Shown: in pieces, positions 40,573 to 50,815 of the stretch
How the letters are laid out: every line of letters begins with the position of its first letter
How positions within the stretch are numbered: the stretch's first letter is position 1
Assembly (NCBI GenBank): GCA_964016885.1
Contig: OZ024745.1
Coordinates: 90,706,001-90,770,000, forward strand
Direction of reading: 5' to 3'
Origin: Eledone cirrhosa
Taxonomy: Eukaryota
Length of the DNA stretch: 64,000 nt
Notes under the pieces: model-generated
Told to the model about the DNA's origin: nothing
Seen by the model: the letters and a program-made list of their open reading frames with translations, nothing else
Databases searched by the model: none
Position numbers and translations under genes: made by a program

Positions 40573-41038
40573 CAGTGTAATAATTATAGGGTGAGATGTT
40601 GACGATATCAGAGATTTAGTAGGCAAACGACAGCAAAACCTTCAAGAAGAGAGAGAGAGTGAAAGGACGAAAGGGAACAAACAAATGAAGAAATGAAGTG
40701 ATAGAATGTACATGATCATAATAGTAATAGATTGGATTAGCAAAAAACAGAACAGAGAAAATACCAAACAAGCAAAATACTGAACAGGCTGAAAATTAAA
40801 AGGGCTACAAACTAAATAGATAAGGGATAACAAGTATAAAAGGGCTACAGACTAAACAGACAAGGGATAACATGTATAAAAGGGAGAAAATATGAAAGAA
40901 AACATGAAAGAAAACATGAAAGAAAACATGAAAGAAAACACAAAAAAAAAAGAAAAAGAAAGTGAGTTGGGGTGAATGAAGTTGATTAAATTTCTTTAGG
41001 ATGGAATTGTTAAAAAAAGAAAAATATCTATTATGAAC

Positions 41039-41161
41039 CTTGATAGACTTGATGTCTTCATCTTCATCCATTTCAAGAACTGTTTCCTCCACTTCAGCCT
41101 TTGCTTCACTCAACAGGTTTAATATCGGTTTCTTTTCAGTGAAATTTCTGATAAAAGGATG
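41039..41161 (-). CDS. SLK: SLK/STK10 exon (end of kinase domain)
   Basis: 123 nt, phase 0/0; HPFIRNFTEKKPILNLLSEAKAEVEETVLEMDEDEDIKSIK; the EAKAEV motif is characteristic of SLK/LOK/Slik. Confidence 0.92.
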
Positions 41162-41899
41162 CTGAAATTAGTAAGAAATGAAAATTAGATTCTTGCCAAC
41201 TGGAATAGAACCAATTATATTTTGAAGGTGTGTAAGTGGTTGTGTAAGTTAAACTGGACAGGTAAATGTGCACTTTTACTGCACTCATAAAAACACAATT
41301 GTGTGTATACATATGAACTTATATGTAGAAATATTCCTAGATGGTTGTGTATATATATATGTAACTTGAACTTGCTATGCATGCGCATAAGCTCTCGTAT
41401 GTGTGTATGTGCAGAAATGCATGGGTTAGACGGTTTGTCGAGTTTTGAGACAAGTCAGGTTAGGTAATCATGTCTAGCATATATAAATATTAAAAAAACA
41501 AAAAAAAACAGCCCACACTGTAATGTGGTCATGGTAAAATCACTTGCTCATTGAAGGTATTTCATTTGAATGAGATGACACCAAACAGTAGTAAGAAATT
41601 CTCAAGAGAGCTGGACAACAGGAGGTCTTCAGAAAAGAAACCCTGCTCAAGCAAGTGTTTTGGCCCTATATATATAAAGTGGTTGTGTATGTGTCACGAT
41701 AAAAAAGCACCCAGTACTCACTGTAAATGAGGTTGGTGTTAGGAAGGGTATCCAGCTGTAGAAATTGAGCCAAAATCAGTTCTGTATGAGCAAGACATGG
41801 CCACCTGACCTGGCATTGCCCAGAACAGGACAACTGGTCTAATCCTTGCTAGCGTGGAAGAATGGACATAAAATGGTGATGATGATGATGGTGATGATG

Positions 41900-41937
<38 letters not shown>

Positions 41938-42701
41938 GTTAGAAACTCTCAGGAAAGCTGGACAGCAGCAGGTGTTTCGGCCCTTAACTTAACAGCTATT
42001 CCCAGTTGGCCCGCACTCATTTATAAAACTAGATCTTCCACTATATAATCTGTATATACGTTCATCCTTATGATTTTATGTATTTGGAACATTGTCAAAC
42101 TTTTTTTTTTTTTAAGTAAACAATAGGGCATGTTCATATGAATCGAATTTGACTTGTAGCTTATTCATTTCTGATTAGCAGTAAACTAAAGGGCTGTTCC
42201 TGAAATATTTACATTGTTTCTTTCAACTAACCCATATCATCTAAAATTAAAATGTGATCAGAATCATTGTTATTATCATTTTAACATCCATTTTCTTCTC
42301 TATATTGACATAGGTTGAATGGGTTTGCAAAGTAACATCTCTCTATGGTTCTCAGTGTTAAATCATCAAGGAATACCCTACACCTCACTGTAAAGTGATC
42401 GTGTAAGTGTCACAACAAAAAGCACCCAATCCATGCTGTAAAGTGGTCGTGTAGGTGACCATTAATGCGGTTGGTGTTAGGAAGGGCATCCAGCCATAGA
42501 AATTAAGTCAAATCAGCTCTGTGTGAGCGAGTTAGGCCCCCCCCCCTTACAAAGGGATAACCCGTCGAACCCATGCTAGCGCGGAAGATGGACGTTAAAC
42601 GATGGTGATGAGATGTGACCTAATGACCTAAAGGGGGGGGGGGTGAACAAATGTCAATAAAAAAGTTAGTGAGGAGTAAAAGTTGAGTATAATTAGTTCA
42701 C

Positions 42702-42783
42702 CTCTAGCAATTCAGCTGCTGTTGGACGCTGCGCTGGATCTTTGACGAGGCACTTGCTGAGAAAATGAACAAATGGAGTGGAC
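42702..42783 (-). CDS. SLK: SLK/STK10 exon (kinase subdomain XI)
   Basis: 82 nt, tag|G...GAG|gtg; (W)STPFVHFLSKCLVKDPAQRPTAAELLE with the invariant subdomain XI Arg. Confidence 0.92.
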
Positions 42784-42999
42784 CTAAAAAGAGAAAAATA
42801 TTAATTACTGATGGATTTCAACTTTGACTGTTTTATAATTTTTAGAATAATGCTTTGTCTGAATACATGTGTGCCTAAATATATCTATTTCTGGGTGTGT
42901 CTGCATTCAGATTTGTGTGTTTGACAGTTCTACTTGCTTCTGTATGTGTGTGTGTGTGTGTATGTATGTATATATGTATATGTATGTGTGTGTGTATAT

Positions 43000-43058
<59 letters not shown>

Positions 43059-43129
43059 CTATGTGTATGTATATTTAGGCTAGTTTCCGATGGTGAGTAC
43101 ACTGGTTAGAACAATAACAATCTTCTTTA

Positions 43130-43175
<46 letters not shown>

Positions 43176-43486
43176 AAAAGAACGATGAAGTTCCGTTTAC
43201 ATGTTTTTATTGATTATCACACTTATGTACATTTCACAGCTGATTGGCTCAAGGTCACCTATAGAAACTATGGAGCTGACTCTAGCATTGATATACTCAT
43301 CAGGCTCCAATCCCCACCATATCTTCTTCTTTCCAGTATCTCTCAACAGACAGAACATGAAACTTTTCCCCTGAGCACGTATCATCCATACATATCACAT
43401 ATCCAATCCAATACTGCTTTTAATCCCTAGTCACCCCCTTTGATCACTTGTGCAGTCTTTTATGCAGGTAAACATCATTATTATTA

Positions 43487-44180
43487 TCATCCTTACGGGG
43501 TCGATAAAATAAAGTACCAGTAATGCACTGAGTAATTGCTGGCTTGTGCCTAAAGTAGAAGCAATTATTATTAGGCCAGTGGATTGGCAGTATCGGTGGA
43601 GGGTCGGACGCCATGCTTTCCAGCATAGTTACGTCCCTTTACGATCTGAGTTCAAATCCTGCCGAGGTTGACTTTGCCTTTCATCCTTACGGGGTCGATA
43701 AAATAAAGTACCAGTAATGCACTGAGTAATTGCTGGCCTTGTGCCTAAAGTAGAAGCAATTATTATTCGGCCAGTGGTTTGGCAGTATCAGTAGAGCGTC
43801 AGACACCATGCTTTACAGCATAGAGTTATGGCCCTTTACGTTCTAAGTTCAGATCCTACCGAGGTTAACTTTGCCTTTCATCCTTATGGGGTCGATAAAA
43901 TAAAGCACCAGTAATGCACTGGGGGTAATTGCTGGCCTTGTGCCAAAAGTAGAAACATTATTATTATCATTAACCAGGGTGGTGGATTGGCAGTATCGGT
44001 AGAGGGTCGGACGCCATGCTTTCCAGCATAGTTACGTCCCTTTACGATCTGAGTTCAAATCCCGCCGAGGTTGACTTTGCCTTTCATCCTTACGGGGTCG
44101 ATAAAATAAAGTACCAGTAATGCACTGAGTAATTGCTGGCCTTGTGCCTAAAGTAGAAACAATTATTATTATTATCATTA
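43487..44180 (+). mobile_element. head-to-tail array of tRNA-derived SINEs (1 partial + 3 full) joined by (ATT)n
   Basis: copies start at ~43487, 43574, 43769 and 43974; each full copy has tggcagtatc.g and gttca.atcc boxes. Confidence 0.92.
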
Positions 44181-44959
44181 ACCACATTGCATCATTTTTT
44201 GCTTCATTTCTCTCCAAACTTTGTAACATTACAAGTTTTACTCATGATTCACGTCTATCTAGCGTATTTCCTGGCGCCCAAAACGCTATTTTTTCCCTAA
44301 AATAAGTCTCGAAAATCTACCATGCGTCCTGGAGGCTGAAGGTTGTGTTTCTCATAGGCATGCCCTAACCCCAGAGGAAAATTACCTATGCTTAGACAGT
44401 TATCTGAACTCCTGTATATGACCTTTCAATGGAGTGTATAAATTATACTTAGTTAAAGTAGTAAATAAACAAAATATCATTTAAAAAATAGGTAACAAGA
44501 CATGAAGTACTTTTAAGTTTATTGTTGTTTTTCAAATTTTTGGTTGTCAAAATTGGGTAGTGTTTTCGACGACGGGAAATACGGTAGTTTACCTTTCACA
44601 TAAAGAGAAACTGTTTCTAATGGAGGTAACATGTTTTCCAACCTATTCCTTGATCTAATTAGTATGGTATTGTTACAAAGCCCTCCAGCCTTAATAAAAT
44701 AGCCTGGGTATCAGAAAATAGCAACATATAAAACAATGCTTTAAATGTTAATCTTAACAGTCTATGACATGAATAATCTCCCTGCAACTGAAAACCTGTG
44801 ACCGTCTAAGGGAGATAATTAAGTAATTTTGTTAACCAAATAGGAAGCTCTTAGTAAGTCACATATATATATATATAGAGAGAGAGAGCATCTTATATAA
44901 AATCACTGAGGCGTAGATCACAAATTAATAAAAAAAAAGAACATGTCACAAGCATCTTT

Positions 44960-45641
44960 CCCTAGGGATATATTCCTAGTCAAGCAATTTAAAGCCAGAG
45001 GCTTCAATAAGTTCCACCCAGGTATTCTTTAGTCTTCCTCTGCTGCAGCTTCCTTCCACTAAGATTTTTTGGCACTTCTTCACCTAACAATCACCATCCA
45101 TATACAGCGCATGCCCACACCGGCGTGGTCTTCTCTCCTCTACACTACATCTGATTCCTCTTATACCCTGCTTTTCTCTCAGCACATCTATGCTTTGTTG
45201 TTCACACATTAACATTTCACATCCATTGAAGCATGCTTGCTTCATTTCTTTCCAGCTTTTGTATATCCTCTGCATTCACTGTCCATGTCTCACTACCATG
45301 CTACATCATGCATTGTACACAGGCATCATACAGCTGGCCTTTCATTTGTAGAGAGAAACCATTTGTTGTCAACAGAGGTAGTAGCTCCCTGAACTTTCCA
45401 TTTTGTTCTTATTCCAGCTACTATGCTCTCAGAGCAACCTTTTCCACTTCTAATGATATCACCGAAGTAAGAGAATCTATCAATACTTCTATGGATCCTT
45501 CCTGGGATTGGAAAAGGTGTATTTCACTGATGCTCTTAGAACTAACTATCCCTATACATCTGCTATATATAAAGTCTACCTTTTCTATAATCCTGTTTGT
45601 TATCCCACTACACCTCTTGTCTACTCAAGATTTATATTGTA
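44960..45641 (-). mobile_element. old RTE remnant, 3' part (interrupted by the Helitron)
   Basis: GIRGIRCSVEERR..., EMKQAC; continuous with 54791-55110 once 45642-54790 is removed. Confidence 0.8.
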
Positions 45642-45956
45642 CTAGCCGGCCAGTCCAGCTGGCGACCGGCTAGGTATACTGGCATTTTATCTTTTCAGGA
45701 ATCCCCACTCCTGTCCAGTGCAAAGATACCGCATGCCCTCTCAAGTCAGTGTGTGTGTGGGGGGTGGGGAGGGGGTTAACATGCTCTGATGTTGGGTTTG
45801 AATAGTTTTTAGGATTCCCCAGTTCAGCAGCCAATACGTTAAAGAAAATTGATAGTTACAACAATAAAGGCTGAACAGAGAACAAATTTTTTTAACAAAC
45901 TTTACAATAATTTGTACAACCAAAATGGAAATTCCAAGTAACAAAAAATTCATAAA

Positions 45957-46228
45957 TTACATTGTTAGAGCCTCAGAGTATACAATATTTTTTGTTCGGC
46001 CCTCGGGCCAAGATGAAGAGATTGTTTGGTGAGCTCACACTAGAGCATCCTACATACAATTGACCATGGGAGAAGCATGGTTTTCCCAGATGAAGGCCAG
46101 CCACTTTTAGGGTTTGACCCTGAGCTTTGTTGATGGTAATTGCGAAGCTTAGTCTCTGTTACTCTCGTAACATTTTTTTTTCTGGAAAATCTGATCTTGT
46201 GGCCAGGCTGGGACTTTTGGGGTGGCAT
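45957..46228 (-). pseudogene. internally deleted Helitron RepHel: putative N-terminal 24 codons fused to the Pif1 helicase C-terminus
   Basis: from 46155: RLSFAITINKAQGQTLKVAGLHLGKPCFSHGQLYVGCSSV...TKNIVYSEAL (SF1 helicase motifs V-VI); the N-terminal assignment (MPPQKSQ...) is inference. Confidence 0.85.
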
Positions 46229-46400
46229 ATCGGCAGTAACAATGACGATAAGCCGTCTGTGCTTTCGTGAAATAAATATGTTTGTTTATATTTTGTTTTG
46301 TGTATGCAAAAATATCTGTACACGAATATATAATTATATATATAAACGGAAAAAATGAAACGAAATTACATTTCCCACTCTTAGTACGGCTGTTACTTAA

Positions 46401-47055
46401 ATATAAGTATGTACACGTACATACACATATGTATACAGATGTACAGAAGTATGTATATATATATACATACATGCACACATATATATATGTACGTATGGAT
46501 TCACCGAACATTTATTATAATGCTCGGTGTGTTTGTAAACAAACATCCCGTATTAAGCGTAGTGTCCAGCAACCATCGTTGCTCATTTGTTCAACACTGA
46601 CAAAGGAACGCTGTACTAGTTTCAAGCTTATTAGCTATCGTCAGCAACGTATAGCTTCCTGCCAGATTGTTGAACGTATATACTTACCTTATGCATATTA
46701 ACGGCTGAGTAGCCCAATTTGCATATCGATATGCAAATTGGGCTACTCAGCCGTTAATATGCATAAGGTAAGTATATACGTTCAACAATCTGGCAGGAAG
46801 CTATACGTTGCTGACGATAGCTAATAAGCTTGAAACTAGGACAGCGTTCCTTTGACAGTGTTGAATAAACAAGCAATGATGGTTGCTGGACACTATGGCT
46901 TAATAAGGGATGTTTGTTTACAAACACACCGAGCATTATAATAAATGTTCTGTGAATCCATACGTACATATATATATGTGTGCATGTATGTATATATATA
47001 TACATACTACTGTACGTCTGTATACATATGTGTATGTACGTGTACATACTTATAT
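46401..47055. repeat. ~655-bp palindrome with zero spacer
   Basis: centre ...tttgcatatc|gatatgcaaa... between 46727 and 46728; mirrored ORFs 46282(+) and 46754(-) both end QIVERIYLPYAY. Confidence 0.97.
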
Positions 47056-47070
47056 ATATATATATTATAA

Positions 47071-50000
47071 CTCAGCGGCTTTAGTAAGTTCCCTAATCAG
47101 TATAGCAAAGCTACCGCCCCGGTTACTACTCCTTAAGTTTAGACCTGTTTGATGGGTTGACTGCGGAGATTTGGAAAGTCTAAGCATTCAATGACGATGT
47201 CACAGATAAAGATAAATTCACCTCTCTATTTCAGAGACGAATGACCAACATAATTCCATCTCCCACACCCCTCCCTGCCCCTCTAACCCATCCATCCCAC
47301 TCTCCCAACTTCAGAGTTGGTACCATGAACGTAGGCACATTAAAAGGTCACTCAAATGACATTGTAGAGATGCTTGAACGTAAAGAAGTTGATGTTTGTT
47401 GTATTCAAGAGACTAGGTGGAGAGGGGGGGTCTGCCAGATTCATTGTGGGTAAAAAACAATGCTATAAACTTTTCTGGGTGGGAAATGACAACGGACTGG
47501 GTGGAGTAGGAATTATGTTAGCTGAAAAATGGGTAGATAAGGTAATCGACGTAAATAGAGTAAATGACAGAATAATTAAAATAAGGCTAGTTCTAAATAA
47601 AACTACTGTGACAATAATATCCGCTTATGCACCCCAATCTGGTCTACTTGACGTTATAAAGGACAGGTTCTATGAGACGCTAATGCACACTACCTCCCAA
47701 ATAACCGACAGCAACTACCTAATTATTGCTGGCGATCTAAACGGCGATGTTGGACAACATAGTGATGGCTATGATGGAATCCATGGAGGCTATGGGGTGG
47801 GAAATAGAAATGAGGAAGGCTTCAGAATCCTGGAATTCTGTGACGCCAATAACCTAACTATCTGTAACACAAACTTCAAAAAACGTGAAAACCACTTGAT
47901 CACCTATAGATCAGGGGAACACGCCAGCCAGATAGATCCTTACTAGAAGACGGGACAAAGTGTCTGTTGTAAACACTAAATCCCTCCCCCGTGAAGAATG
48001 CACCTCCCAACATAGCCTAGTAGTTAGTGACCTCACAGTCAGGAATAGACGTACTCGACGACAGAGGAGGCCTACCTTGAGGAGAAGAATATGGAAGTTG
48101 AAGGACCCTATAGCCAGTGACAAATTTAAAAACTTATAACTTGATGCCTTTGACAATAAGATAGAGCAATTAGAGATGTGCGATATAGAGGAATAGTGGC
48201 AATTCTTGAAAGTGAACCTGCTGAAAGCAACGGATGAAATCTGTGGCTGGAGCAGACTTATTGGGAGGAGGAGAGTAACTTGGTGGCGGAACAATAAGGT
48301 AGAAGAGACAATCAAGGCCAAAAAGCAGGCTTGGAAAGTATGGCAGAATGGGGGAAGTAGAGAGCACTATCAAGTGGCCAGGAGAAAAGCTAGGAGACAA
48401 GTGTACCTTGCAAAAAGGGAAGTAGAGGAAAGAAAGTTCAAGCATGTTCTACGTGAGGACCAAAAACGCGAGGTGGTCAGGATTGCTAGACAATGTGTCA
48501 AGGAAAACCGTGATATTGTCGGGGAGAAGTGTGTCCGTAATAATAACGGTGTACTTGCCCTCACTGATGCTGATAAGAAGATAGCCTGGAAGTGTCACTA
48601 TGAGAGACTATTAAATGAAGTGGGAAAAACATTGTCTGCCCCAAATCGATCCAATAGAAGGACCAGCGGTGCAAGTTAAAGGTAGTATAATAAGTAAGGC
48701 AATCAAAGATATGAAGACAGGCAAGGCAGCTGGGCCTTGGGAGATAGTTGCTGAGATGTTGAAGGCATCTAGAATGGTGGGACCTACTATGGTCACCCGT
48801 ATAGTTAACCAAGTAATACAGAATGGGGTCATACCAAAAGACTGGCATAGCAGCATCATGATTAACTGCTACAAGGGTAAAGGAGATGCTCTAGATAGAG
48901 GAAACTATAGAGGCATTAAGTTAGTTGACCAGGTCATGAAGGTCAAAGAAAGAGTTATAGCGCAACTAATCAGAGAGCAGATTGATCTAGATGAAATGCA
49001 GTTTGGGTTTGTGTCAGGTAAAAGTACCACAGACGCTCTTTTCCTTGTACGACAACTACAAGAGAAGTACCTAGCTAAAAGTAAACCCCTCTACTTAGCT
49101 TTTGTAGACCTGGAAAAAGCCTTTGACAGAGTCCCCCGCTCCATTATCTGGTGGGTTCTTAGAAAACTAGGTGTTGATGAATGGCTTGTGAGAGCTATAC
49201 AAGCTATGTATAATGAAACAGTCAGTAAGGTTAGAATTAACAATGAATATTGTGAAGAATTTAGTGTAAAAGTTGGTGTTCACCAAGGCTCTGTCCTTAG
49301 CCCCCTACTATTTATTATTGCCCTTCAGGCTATAACAGAAGAGTTCAAGACTGGCTGCCCATGGGAACTCCTATACGCAGATGATCTAACGCTCATAGCT
49401 GAATCAATGGCTGAACTAGAAAAGAAATTCCAAACATGGAAGCATGGTGTAGAATCAAAAGGCCTTAAAGTTAACTCGTCTAAGACCAAAGTCCGAGTTT
49501 GTAGAAAGGAAAATAAGGCACAGGTACCCTCAGGGAAATGGCCTTGCTCAGTGTGTAGGAAAGGAGTAGGCAGAAATTCAATTTTATGTCCCAAATGCAA
49601 AGTATGAGTACATAAAAGATGTAGTGGGATCACAGATTGTATGTGGCTTGTATACGAACAGCAATGCTACATGGCAGTGAGACATGGGCATTACGTGCAG
49701 AGGACCTGCGTAGACTGGAGAGGAACGAAGCATGCATGCTCTGTTGGATGTGTAATAGTAATATACGTGAACGGCAAAGCATAAATGAACTAAGTGAGAA
49801 ATTAGGAATAAGAGGGATCAGATGCTGTTTACTCGAGAGAAGACTATGTTGGTATGGCCACGTGATGCGCATGAAAGACGACAGCTGTATAAAAAAGTGC
49901 AGGGCGATCAAAATTGATGGTAGTTACGGAGTAGGTAGACCCAGAAAAACCTGGGATGATCTGATAAATTCCGACCTTACACACTTGCACTCTCTAAGAC

Positions 50001-50480
50001 AATGTCACTGGACCGAGATCTTTGGCACTAGGCAGTAATACAGAAGACCCGCCTTGCCTATGTACAAAGTGTAACCTACAGTTAGTAGGCACCTCTTAAC
50101 CAAATATACACCCCAATCCACTACCCCCTACCCTATCCTCCCACTCCCACCAACACCACCCTCTCTCTATAAAGTTGGTACCACAACGTCCAGTCCAAAT
50201 AAATGAGATAATGAGATCGAGATCGTGTAGGTGTCACGAGAAAAAAACACAGTCGACGCTGTAATGTGGCCGTGTAGGTAACATGGTAAAAAGTTCCCAG
50301 TTCCACACTGTGAATGTGGTTGGTATTAGGAAGGGCATCCAGCCATAGAAAACCTGCCAGATAGGCCTATATGAGCGAGGCATGGTCACCCGACAAACCT
50401 TGCCTCAAGTGGGACAACTCTCGTCTAACCCATGCTAGCGTGGGAAATGGACGTTAAACGAAGATGATGATGATGATGAT
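47071..50480 (+). mobile_element. RTE-clade LINE copy 1, near full length, broken
   Basis: APE (GTMNVGTL, IQETRW, GDLNG), RT (FVDLEKAFDRVP, HQGSVLSP, YADD), GRPRKTW, (GAT)n tail; 268-nt internal loss at 49635/49636. Confidence 0.93.
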
Positions 50481-50490
50481 AATATATATA

Positions 50491-50800
50491 TATTAAAATA
50501 ACAGATTATAGTTTAAGTAAAGAATCACTGCTTTCACCCTTAACGGGATCTTCTGAAACTAAAAAAATCAATCTGTGAACGCAGAAGTAAATATTTCGAA
50601 AGACGTTGCAACCGAAGGAAAACAGGAAGACGATACTTTGGTTCGTGAAGACGTTCCCTGGTAATGAACGGAAAAAAGTGAAGATAATACATCAGCAATG
50701 AGAACAATATTTGTTCTTTGGTTCTTATATATTTGATATATATTTATCCTTATCGAGCCCTCTTTGGATTTTAGTCTTCACATTTATTATTATTACTAAT
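50491..50800. repeat. unclassified TA-embedded repeat fragment
   Basis: 50491-50552 is the reverse complement of 2331-2392 (about 5 mismatches); both abut TA runs. Confidence 0.55.
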
Positions 50801-50815
50801 TATATATATATATAT

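Noticed and set aside
43574-43670. tRNA genes at SINE heads (also 29380-29452)
   Set aside because: A and B boxes are present but no complete cloverleaf is evident and each continues into a SINE body
46401-47055. Palindrome as a pure fold-back sequencing artefact
   Set aside because: The outer arms differ at about a dozen positions and both flanks continue into coherent different sequence; not fully excluded for the apex without reads
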